This document shows, one piece after another, positions 27,821 through 36,096 of a stretch of DNA of 64,000 nt (the stretch's first letter is position 1; each line of letters opens with the position of its first letter). The stretch covers positions 61,574-125,573 of the forward strand of contig CAYSEI010000001.1 of assembly GCA_964430265.1 (NCBI GenBank), in the 5' to 3' direction. The DNA is from an uncultured Pseudomonadales bacterium (GTDB taxonomy: Bacteria > Patescibacteriota > Microgenomatia > UBA1400 > CAYXSR01). A model generated the notes under the pieces. The model ran no database searches. It was not told the DNA's origin and saw only the letters and a program-made list of their open reading frames with translations. The position numbers and the translations under genes are program-made.

Positions 27821-29152
27821 CTAATTCAATATCTCAACAAAAGAGTTTGCCAAATTCCAAATTTTTATATTTTTTGGAAGTTTAATCTTTTTGCCTTTAT
27901 ATATAAAAATACCAATAGGATCAGCATTGTGTTTCCCTATTTGCGGCGGGTTGTTTTTAGTAAAAAGTTTCTCTGCAAAAAGATCAGGATCAACTATAAA
28001 TTCTTTATTTGCCAGAAAAACAACATCTGGAACGTTGGGATTCTTGTTTGATCGGGAATAAACTTCCTGTTTTGTTTTTACCCATTTAAAAACTTTTTTG
28101 TTATTATGTTTAAGTTTTTTTAAAGCTTTAATAATCGGGAGGATTTTTGTTTTGTCTTTAACAAATATGCCGTTTTGGAAAGGCTGAACATCAAGAATTT
28201 CTGAATGTTTTTTTTCTTGCTTTTTAATATAGTTATCTCTTTGTTTTTTTAGCTTTTTAAAAACAGCTAGGTTTTTTACAAGTCTCCAACCCATTTTTGC
28301 CAGGCCAATAAACGGACAGCAGGTTTTTGTTGTTTGGGGCATTAGTTTTTGTTTTTGTAAATATGGAGTAATGTAAAAGCGGGTTTTAGGTGTTGCATGA
28401 AAACCGTGGTCAGATATTACAAAAAAGTGTAGTTTATCCTCATATTTATTTTTAAACAACCGGTAGATGTTTTCTAAGTATTTATCTAGTTTTTTGTACA
28501 CCTGCAAAGTTTGCTTTTTTTTCCAAAAAATATGCTGGACAGTATCGGTTGCCCTAAAAAGTGCAAAAAAGAAATCCCAATCTTTAAAGTCGGCAAGCTT
28601 TTTAATTGCCAAATATCTTTTTTCTGCTACATCCAATATTTGTTTATAGATTTGTTCTTTTTTTTGCAAAATTTGTTCTTCCGCCCCAAAGAGTCCGTAT
28701 TTTTCCATTTCCACATCCACTTTGTAACCAATTTTTTCAAGCATTTTTTGTATTTCAGGATGGTTGCAAAAATCCCTACCAGGTGGTGTAAGAAGGGAGG
28801 AAATAATGATGCCTTTTGCTTTTGGGAGCGGATAGGCAAGGGGAAGGTTAATAAAACAATACTCTTTATTTTCCTTTTCCATTTTTTTCCAGAATCTATC
28901 TATTTTTAAAGAAGAACTGTCAACAATTTTATTATTTCTGGTTTTAAAACCCCAGATTCCATGTTCTCCGGGTGATTTGCCCGTCTGAAATGAAGCCCAT
29001 GCCGGGGCAGTCATAGCCGGTATAGTGCTTTGGAGATTAGAGTAAATTCCTTGTTTTTTCAGTTTATTTAAAAAGGGAAGTTTGTCCAGCCATGGATCAA
29101 GAATATTCCAGGTTGCACCGTCAAGACCGATGACAATTACTTTATTATTCAT
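27821..29152 (-). CDS. Alkaline phosphatase superfamily protein (type I phosphodiesterase/nucleotide pyrophosphatase-like)
   Basis: The N-terminal metal-site motif reads VIVIGLDGATWNIL...TIPAMTAPAWASFQTGKSPGEHGIW. Confidence 0.7.
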   Translation of the reverse strand: MNNKVIVIGLDGATWNILDPWLDKLPFLNKLKKQGIYSNLQSTIPAMTAPAWASFQTGKSPGEHGIWGFKTRNNKIVDSSSLKIDRFWKKMEKENKEYCFINLPLAYPLPKAKGIIISSLLTPPGRDFCNHPEIQKMLEKIGYKVDVEMEKYGLFGAEEQILQKKEQIYKQILDVAEKRYLAIKKLADFKDWDFFFALFRATDTVQHIFWKKKQTLQVYKKLDKYLENIYRLFKNKYEDKLHFFVISDHGFHATPKTRFYITPYLQKQKLMPQTTKTCCPFIGLAKMGWRLVKNLAVFKKLKKQRDNYIKKQEKKHSEILDVQPFQNGIFVKDKTKILPIIKALKKLKHNNKKVFKWVKTKQEVYSRSNKNPNVPDVVFLANKEFIVDPDLFAEKLFTKNNPPQIGKHNADPIGIFIYKGKKIKLPKNIKIWNLANSFVEILN

Positions 29153-29252
29153 AAATGTATTTTATACTAATTTATAGTTATTTTAAAATAAGAAATACAC
29201 TAATTAAGTAAGTATTGACAAATCAAGTAAGATAAATTAAAATAATCTTATT

Positions 29253-29498
29253 ATGATAACAACAGTTACAGTTAGTTCTAGAGGGCAGATAGTAATTCCT
29301 CAGAAGTTTAGAAAAGTATTTGGGATTGAGAAATCTGATAAATTGATTGTTGAATTAGACGAGGATAAACTAACAATGAAACCGGTTTTATCAATTGATG
29401 AGGCTTTTGGCATTGTAAAAACTAAGAAGAAGTTCTCAGAAAATGACTACGATAAAGCTATTTCTAAAGCTGTCATAGAAAAATTTTTGGATAAATGA
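29253..29498 (+). CDS. AbrB/MazE/SpoVT-family antitoxin
   Basis: The ORF begins MITTVTVSSRGQIVIPQKFRKVFGIEKSDKLIVE, a swapped-hairpin AbrB-type motif. Confidence 0.75.
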   Translation: MITTVTVSSRGQIVIPQKFRKVFGIEKSDKLIVELDEDKLTMKPVLSIDEAFGIVKTKKKFSENDYDKAISKAVIEKFLDK

Positions 29499-29866
29499 TT
29501 TATTTAGATACTAGTTGTTTAGTACGATTCTTTACTAAAGATCAGATAAAAAAAGCAAAACAAGTTAAAAAGCTGATTGAAAGTAGTAAGAAGCTTGCTG
29601 TTTCTGATGTAGTTTTTCCCGAACTTGAATATGTATTGTCTAATCTGTATCAAGTCAAAAGGCAGAAGCTAATAAGAATTTATCAGTTTTTAAAAGCACA
29701 AAAAAATATTAGAACATCACAAACAGCTAGCGCTTCTATAGGTTTGTATTCAAATTCTAATCTAGATATGGCTGACTGTATGATTGCTGTAAGTTCTAGA
29801 GACGGAAAATTAGCCAGTTATGATGAGCAATTATTAAAAGCAAAAGGTGTTAAAAGCTATTTTTGA
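29495..29866 (+). CDS. PIN-domain toxin (VapC-like)
   Basis: It begins MIYLDTSCLVRFF and has a ...DMADCMIAVSSRDGKLASYDEQL acidic-residue pattern. It overlaps the antitoxin gene by 4 nt. Confidence 0.7.
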   Translation: MIYLDTSCLVRFFTKDQIKKAKQVKKLIESSKKLAVSDVVFPELEYVLSNLYQVKRQKLIRIYQFLKAQKNIRTSQTASASIGLYSNSNLDMADCMIAVSSRDGKLASYDEQLLKAKGVKSYF

Positions 29867-30377
29867 TTTCATCAAAAACTTTATAGATCTTATCTAATTC
29901 TGACTTGGAAAATTTTTGTAAAACATATTTTTCACCAGGAATATCTTCCAGCTTGCGGTTTTCCGTACCAATTCTTAAACGCCAGAATTGCTCGGATCCC
30001 AATTTTTCTTCAATTGATGTAACACCGTTGTGTGAAGGAGAGCTTTTGGCAAAAGATAATTTAAATTCCCCCAAAGAAAGATCAAGCTCATCATGAATCA
30101 CAAGCAGATTATCAAAATCCTTGATGCCGTTTTTTTTACAGAATATCTGGACCGCAATTCCGGATTTATTCATGTAAGTTTGTGGTTTTAATAGGGAAGT
30201 GGATTCATATTCTGTAACTTCGGACTGAAATCGCTTGGAGCTGTTCCATTCCAGTTCGTTATTGTCTGCAAGCATGTTTAAGAACATAAAACCAACATTA
30301 TGGCGGGTTTTTGCAAATTTATTTCCCGGATTTCCTAATCCAACAATAACTTTAAAATCAGCAAATTTTTTCTCCAT
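29850..30377 (-). CDS. pth: Peptidyl-tRNA hydrolase
   Basis: It has VIVGLGNPGNKFAKTRHNVGF and ...HNGVTSIEEKLG motifs. Confidence 0.9.
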   Translation of the reverse strand: MEKKFADFKVIVGLGNPGNKFAKTRHNVGFMFLNMLADNNELEWNSSKRFQSEVTEYESTSLLKPQTYMNKSGIAVQIFCKKNGIKDFDNLLVIHDELDLSLGEFKLSFAKSSPSHNGVTSIEEKLGSEQFWRLRIGTENRKLEDIPGEKYVLQKFSKSELDKIYKVFDEIKNSF

Positions 30378-30378
30378 A

Positions 30379-30591
30379 TTAATCTTCCTCTGTTTCTATA
30401 ATTGCCAATTTCCCCCTAAATTTATCTTTTTTTGCTTCTTCAAGAGCAGCTCTGCAGATACGGCAATGAGTAGGTGATTGTAATTCTTTTTCATCATAGA
30501 ATTTTTGTTCGCCTGCAGTCCAAGCAAACTTTTGTCCGCAGCTCTTGCAGACAACAACTTTATCCTGGTAATTTTGATTATTATTGTTCAT
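30379..30591 (-). CDS. Small zinc-ribbon protein (zf-trcl-like)
   Basis: It has a CKSCGQKFAWTAGEQKFYDEKELQSPTHCRICR C4 arrangement. Confidence 0.55.
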   Translation of the reverse strand: MNNNNQNYQDKVVVCKSCGQKFAWTAGEQKFYDEKELQSPTHCRICRAALEEAKKDKFRGKLAIIETEED

Positions 30592-30640
30592 AAGTTATAT
30601 TCTTTTTTTTAGTTACTTTACATTTATATTATTAAAGCAG

Positions 30641-30713
30641 TGGACCGTAGCGGAATTGAACCGCTGACCTCATCCATGCGAAGGATGCGCTCTTCCAGCT
30701 GAGCTAACGGCCC
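30641..30713 (-). tRNA. tRNA-Ala (anticodon CGC)
   Basis: The cloverleaf folds by hand: acceptor GGGCCGT/ACGGTCC with G3:U70, D-arm GCTCAGCTGGAAGAGC, anticodon loop TTCGCAT, T-arm AGCGGTTCAATTCCGCT. No CCA is encoded. Confidence 0.8.
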
Positions 30714-30757
30714 GTCCGTATCTATTATATCAGATATTTTTATGTTAAACTCGAGAT

Positions 30758-32254
30758 ATGAAAAGGGCGAAAATACTATTAAAAAATGTAGTGGTTAATT
30801 TTTTAACCCAAGCACTGACTTTTTTGGTTTCTTTTATTGCTACTCCGTATATTTTTCATAATCTTGGTGAGGAAAAGTTTGGGTTGTTAATGCTTTTTGT
30901 AACAATAAACGGCTGGTTTGTTATTTTTGATCTGGGAATGATACCGGCAATGATAAAATATTTAGCAGAAATTTTGGAGAATAAGAAAAAAAAGAAAGAA
31001 CTGGTAAATACAGCTTGGACAGCAACTCTATTAATAGTTCTTGCAGGTGGTGGTTTGGTTGCTTTTTTTGCAGACTTTTTAATTAAAAATGTTTTTAAAG
31101 TTTCTTTGGAGATTGAAAGTTTAGCAATTATGAGTTTAAGATTGATGTCAATCAGCTTTGTTTTTACTTTATTGAGTAATTTTTTGACCGGCATACCAAG
31201 GGCAATGCAAAAATTTGAGATTGCCAATTTAAAAAATCTTTTTTTGGGACTTTTTATACCTTTAGGGTCAGTTATACTTTTGTTTTCTGGTTTTGATTTT
31301 TCCGAGGTTATTTGGGTGTATATTTGTACAAATTTTTTCGCTTTTGTAATATTTTTAATTATTGCTAACAAACTTTTGGGAGAAGTGAATATTGGGTTCG
31401 GGTTAAACAAAAAGGTATTAAAAAAGATTCTCTCTTTTTCATTTTTTAAATTTATTTCTCGTTTAACAGCACGAGTAAACTTTCAATTGAACCATTTTTT
31501 GATTGCTTCCTTTTTGTCTGTTTCACAGCTGGGTTTTTATGCAGTGCCAGCAGGAATAGGGGAGAAACTCTTGTCGGTCCTTCCCAACTTGACTCTGCCG
31601 ATTTTTCCTTTAGCTTCAGAGCTGGAAAAGGGTGGCGAAAAAGAAAATATTAAAAAATTGTATAAAGAAGCAGTCAGACTGTCCAATTTTCTTATGACGC
31701 CAGTTTTTATTTTTTTGGTGTTTTTCGGACCGGAATTTTTAGAAATTTGGATGGGAGAGGATTTTGCTAGAAATGCGGGTTTAGTTTTACAAATATTGTC
31801 TTTTGTTTATTTGCTTTCTTCCTATCCTGCAGTTCCGGCTGCAATAATAGAAGGATCAGGAAAACCACAATTGACTGCTTTTTGGGGTGGAGTAAACACT
31901 GTTTTACTAACTTTAAGTGCTTTGATTTTAATTCCGCATTTTGGACTTGTTGGAGCTGCAGGCTCAATGCTTTTTTCTCGAGTTATTCAAGTTCCACTTT
32001 TCATATTCTGGATAACTTACAAAGAGATCGGGATAAAAAAATTAAGATTTTTTTGGGACGGGTATGCAAAGATACTAATTTTAAGTGTTATCAGTGCGGC
32101 AATAGTATATTCACTTCCGCTTGGACAAAATACATTATTCAGGCTGGTTATCTCTTTGTTTATCTACTTAATAATTGGAGCATTTTTTTCCTACATTACT
32201 AATACTATCGGCAAAAGGGATATTAAGACTCTAAAGCAAATTTTAAATAAATAA
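30758..32254 (+). CDS. Polysaccharide/oligosaccharide flippase (Wzx/MOP superfamily)
   Basis: It is a 498-aa protein with about 12-14 transmembrane helices and a polysacc_synt-type N-terminus. Confidence 0.7.
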   Translation: MKRAKILLKNVVVNFLTQALTFLVSFIATPYIFHNLGEEKFGLLMLFVTINGWFVIFDLGMIPAMIKYLAEILENKKKKKELVNTAWTATLLIVLAGGGLVAFFADFLIKNVFKVSLEIESLAIMSLRLMSISFVFTLLSNFLTGIPRAMQKFEIANLKNLFLGLFIPLGSVILLFSGFDFSEVIWVYICTNFFAFVIFLIIANKLLGEVNIGFGLNKKVLKKILSFSFFKFISRLTARVNFQLNHFLIASFLSVSQLGFYAVPAGIGEKLLSVLPNLTLPIFPLASELEKGGEKENIKKLYKEAVRLSNFLMTPVFIFLVFFGPEFLEIWMGEDFARNAGLVLQILSFVYLLSSYPAVPAAIIEGSGKPQLTAFWGGVNTVLLTLSALILIPHFGLVGAAGSMLFSRVIQVPLFIFWITYKEIGIKKLRFFWDGYAKILILSVISAAIVYSLPLGQNTLFRLVISLFIYLIIGAFFSYITNTIGKRDIKTLKQILNK

Positions 32255-32276
32255 TATATATGGTAAACTATAGGAG

Positions 32277-35200
32277 ATGAAAACCTGGCAAAAACTAGTC
32301 AGTAGTATATTTTTATTGGTTGTATTGTTTCTGGTCTTTCCCAAAGAAGCAGATGCATACTTTGGCTATAATGTTCACAGTTTAGCAAAAGAAAATCCGG
32401 AAAACATTTCCCGTATTTTAAATTACCTTGCAAGCAATTGTGAAACCACAATTGTACGATTATGGGGTTATGAATCAACATTTGGCATTCAGGGATATGA
32501 TAATTTGCAAAAAGTACTTGATGCAGCTCCCTCAAATATTAAATTCATAGTTGCGCTTGAAGATTTTCCTTATGGACCTCCTGAAAGTAATCCGGGAGCC
32601 TGGTATTCAAACGGGTATAGAACCAGGTATCGAGATTATGTAGCGCGGATGCTTGACAGGTACGGCAACTCGGAGAAGATATTGATTTGGGAAATGGTTA
32701 ATGAACCGCACTGTAAGGGCGATTCTTCTTGTCTTTCTTCTCTTGTTGACTTTATAAATGACATGAGTAATTTAATGGCATCCAAAACATCAGCATACAT
32801 TTCCCCTGGGTTAATGACCTCGCAAATCCCATTAGATACTTATGAATTTATAACAAATTTGCAAAATATTACAGCCAATTCCTGCCACTATTACAATGAA
32901 TCAAATACCAAAGGGAGTTGTCTTGATGCAGCAAATATTGTTAAGGGAGCGGGAAAGTTTTACTATATTGGTGAAGCAGGATACAAAGCAAGTGGTTCAG
33001 GAGGAAGTGGAAGCTGTACAAGTGCGGACTGTACGAATGTTTGTGGTCTGCAGCCATTGCAGCAAAGATATGATCAAGTTCAAGCTGACAGAAGTCAATT
33101 AACGGGAACAGGAGCAGATGCTTTTATACTCTGGCAATTTTCTCCGCAAAGAAATCCTTTACTGATATGTGATCGTTTTTCAGTTTTTCCTGAAGATCCA
33201 TTGTGTGGAGGAGAAGGTTTGGATTTAATACCCACGGATGTTGGCGAGGACATGGACGAGATTCTGGATGTTAATCAAGAAACAGCTTACGGTCGAAGGG
33301 TCTACGGAAGGGGTATTCCCTGTGGTCCTTTGCGCAGCTGGCCAGCGACTGGGGAAGAAGAAGTACAAACATATTATGATATTTCTGAATGGGAAAACCA
33401 ATACCAAGCGGCAAACGGATTTCCCCAGCATCCGTATGATGCAATGGATTTTGTTCCTTATGATTGGAGTCCGGAAAGACCATTTGTTGGAGACAACTGT
33501 TATCCTTTGGAATATACTACTAAAACAGACTACAATATTGAATATTGTGCAGAACAGCCGGTGGGAACGGATAAAATAAAATATTTTATCCAGCCGCCTT
33601 CAGAGATAATTGATTATCTTGAAGTAGCAGATTTACACATGACTAGTTTACAAATTCCCTTTTTAGGAATAAGCAGAGCTTCATCAAACTATATGTGGGA
33701 CAAAGAAGACAGAATGCAAAACTTTTTAACCAGCTACTTACGCGGTGAATTATATTTTGATAGAACTTGGGTTGATTCAGAAGACGTTACACCGGAAATG
33801 TTGGAAAGGGAAACAGGAGTTATCAGAAAACTTTATCCAAGAGATTGGATGTATAGTGGTGATATTGCTAACAAGTGGAAAGAGAAAGATATGATAATTG
33901 ACAGACTTTTAAAAGCTACATTTCAAGAATACGAAAGTGAGCTAGAAGGACCAATACACGACTATCCATTAATTTACAAAAATGCCAGCGGGGATTTTTT
34001 GTCTGAAGATGATTTTAAAGAAACTTTTCCTTCCGGACTTCCGGACAGAAAATCATATGAAGATGTCTGGCCGGTAAGAATAAGCCAACTGGTCTGTCAG
34101 AATTCAAATATTTTGGTTGATTATGGATATGATCAGCATCCTGCTTGTCAGCAAGGAACTAATTGGCTAGCTGATTCTGGATCACATGAAGATGAAGGAC
34201 TTTTGTATCAAGAGCTCTGGCCTAAATATTTTCCAATTGCCTCAAAAGAGGATGCCAAAGTTATTGTTGACTTTAGTATGCCTGATGATAATGAAGCGAG
34301 AAATATTAATGATGTTCCAATCAAAAACCAAAGATTTTTTGATATGAGCTTAAATGAGCAGAAACAAATACTTGAACAATATAACGGTCAATATGTGACT
34401 AGGGGTGGAGATGGTTTAATGCGGCATAGGGTAGAAGAAATTTTTGTTCCGTATATAGCTGAAATGGAAGATTTAAGCGACTGGGTTTTTAAAACAGCAA
34501 TATCTGAAGAAAGACAAAAAGAAGCCAGAGATAATGAATATGCCGACTCAAGTATTGATAATGTTAAGCTTCCTAGTGACGACGAATGCAAGCTGGATGA
34601 AGCAAGAGGCGGGATAGCTGATCCAGTTGCAGTTAATTATCAAAATTATTTACACGACACAAATGATCCAACAGTTCCAATTCGCAGGGAAGATATGTGG
34701 GTTTGGGTATTAAATGAGGTTGAAGCAGACAAAAGTACAAAAGAACCGACATATTGTGCTCCTGATCCTTGTGATCCGACGTTTCAAGACTGCAGTAATG
34801 ATTGTGTCAGTCCGAACAAAGAAACTGAAAAATCAAAAGGAAAGATTGAAACAAAGTTTCCTTTACTGAATACTGTAGCTTCAAGGCTAATAGGGGAAAA
34901 ATATGGAGCCTTTAATATATTTTTTACAGATGAGCAATTAAATACAATAAAAACAAAAATTAGTGAAAAAGTAGATAACAAAGTAAATCCTTTGGAACTG
35001 CCGGCAGAAGGTAAATCAAAATTTGACTGGGTAGAGCAAAGTGGAATAAGTACTAAAAGTGATGGGAAAATGTGTGATGAATATTGTGAAGGAAACAGAG
35101 ATGTAAAATCAGTAGACAGCAGTGGGAAAGAAGTTGATTTCTATTTTCCTTATGTAGGCTCTTTACAAATTTTCCGCCAGCTGATTTCTAGGCAGCTTCT

Positions 35201-35819
35201 GCCATATGGCTATGAACTGGCAACAGCAGACGCACAATCTGTTGATTACGATACTTCAGGTAGGGAATTGGGCTCTTGCCAAGCAGTTGATATTCCTGAC
35301 ATGGCACCAATGTCGGAAAATGCAATAGCACAGGCAGCAGTCAGTGATGATGAGGCAAGAGTTTTAGGAGGTATTTTGTATGTTGAGTCAGCGCATGCTT
35401 ATCAAACGGGCGATTCAACTCATTGTCCGGTTAGTCCTTGCGGTGCAGTGGGATGGTTTCAAATAGTTTGTGGATGGGAGAATGTTAATTGTGATCCAAG
35501 CAAAGGTGCAATATGTGATGCATACTGTTCAAACGGCCAAGTGCAGAACAAAAACGCATTTGCCTGTCCAGCAGGAATAACAGATCCGCAGCAATTATGT
35601 GATCCAAATACAGCAGCAGAGGAAGCTATTAAAAAGATTAGAGGAAAAATGGGCAAGTCTTCGGGTGAAAGCTGGACTGCTGATGAAGCAGGCGAAGCAG
35701 CCGCCAGATATTTTGGTGAAAGCGCTTCTATTGCAAACTGCAGTGACGGACAAGAATGGTCACGCCTAGGAAATTGTACTTATTGTGAATTTGTCAGAGA
35801 ATACTTCAATAGTTACTAA
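32277..35819 (+). CDS. Secreted giant protein: N-terminal GH5-like glycoside hydrolase plus a C-terminal lytic transglycosylase (SLT/lysozyme-like) domain
   Basis: It has a signal peptide, a GH5-type acid/base block ILIWEMVNEPHC and a later WQFSP block. The C-terminus reads LYVESAHAYQTGDSTHCPVSPCGAVGWFQIV, resembling the SLT 'ES...GAxGLMQ' signature. Confidence 0.6.
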   Translation: MKTWQKLVSSIFLLVVLFLVFPKEADAYFGYNVHSLAKENPENISRILNYLASNCETTIVRLWGYESTFGIQGYDNLQKVLDAAPSNIKFIVALEDFPYGPPESNPGAWYSNGYRTRYRDYVARMLDRYGNSEKILIWEMVNEPHCKGDSSCLSSLVDFINDMSNLMASKTSAYISPGLMTSQIPLDTYEFITNLQNITANSCHYYNESNTKGSCLDAANIVKGAGKFYYIGEAGYKASGSGGSGSCTSADCTNVCGLQPLQQRYDQVQADRSQLTGTGADAFILWQFSPQRNPLLICDRFSVFPEDPLCGGEGLDLIPTDVGEDMDEILDVNQETAYGRRVYGRGIPCGPLRSWPATGEEEVQTYYDISEWENQYQAANGFPQHPYDAMDFVPYDWSPERPFVGDNCYPLEYTTKTDYNIEYCAEQPVGTDKIKYFIQPPSEIIDYLEVADLHMTSLQIPFLGISRASSNYMWDKEDRMQNFLTSYLRGELYFDRTWVDSEDVTPEMLERETGVIRKLYPRDWMYSGDIANKWKEKDMIIDRLLKATFQEYESELEGPIHDYPLIYKNASGDFLSEDDFKETFPSGLPDRKSYEDVWPVRISQLVCQNSNILVDYGYDQHPACQQGTNWLADSGSHEDEGLLYQELWPKYFPIASKEDAKVIVDFSMPDDNEARNINDVPIKNQRFFDMSLNEQKQILEQYNGQYVTRGGDGLMRHRVEEIFVPYIAEMEDLSDWVFKTAISEERQKEARDNEYADSSIDNVKLPSDDECKLDEARGGIADPVAVNYQNYLHDTNDPTVPIRREDMWVWVLNEVEADKSTKEPTYCAPDPCDPTFQDCSNDCVSPNKETEKSKGKIETKFPLLNTVASRLIGEKYGAFNIFFTDEQLNTIKTKISEKVDNKVNPLELPAEGKSKFDWVEQSGISTKSDGKMCDEYCEGNRDVKSVDSSGKEVDFYFPYVGSLQIFRQLISRQLLPYGYELATADAQSVDYDTSGRELGSCQAVDIPDMAPMSENAIAQAAVSDDEARVLGGILYVESAHAYQTGDSTHCPVSPCGAVGWFQIVCGWENVNCDPSKGAICDAYCSNGQVQNKNAFACPAGITDPQQLCDPNTAAEEAIKKIRGKMGKSSGESWTADEAGEAAARYFGESASIANCSDGQEWSRLGNCTYCEFVREYFNSY

Positions 35820-35854
35820 AACTATTCGTAAATAAATTTAGGAGTTATAATTTG

Positions 35855-35925
35855 CAGGTCCGCCAGGATTTGAACCCGGAATAACGGTTTTGGAGACCGT
35901 TGTGATACCATTTCACCACGGACCT
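35855..35925 (-). tRNA. tRNA-Trp (anticodon CCA)
   Basis: Hand fold: acceptor AGGTCCG/CGGACCT, D-arm GTGAAATGGTATCAC, anticodon loop CTCCAAA, T-arm CCGGGTTCAAATCCTGG. Confidence 0.75.
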
Positions 35926-35928
35926 ATG

Positions 35929-36001
35929 TGGACCGTATCGGGTTTGAACCGATGACCTCTTGCATGCCATGCAAGTGCTCTTCCAGCTGAGCTAACGGCC
36001 C
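35929..36001 (-). tRNA. tRNA-Ala (anticodon GGC)
   Basis: Its acceptor and D-arm are identical to the other tRNA-Ala, with G3:U70. The anticodon loop is ATGGCAT and the T-arm is ATCGGTTCAAACCCGAT. Confidence 0.8.
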
Positions 36002-36096
36002 GGATGCTAATATTATAGCATTTTAGATAATTGCAAGAAAGTTACAAGGGAATTTTATACTTGATACTTTAGGCTTGATAATATAAGCTAGATCTT

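Noticed and set aside
36002-36096. glmS ribozyme upstream of glmS
   Set aside because: The untranslated spacer between tRNA-Ala and the glmS start codon is only about 95 nt and very AT-rich. That is too short and unstructured for the ribozyme of about 170-200 nt.
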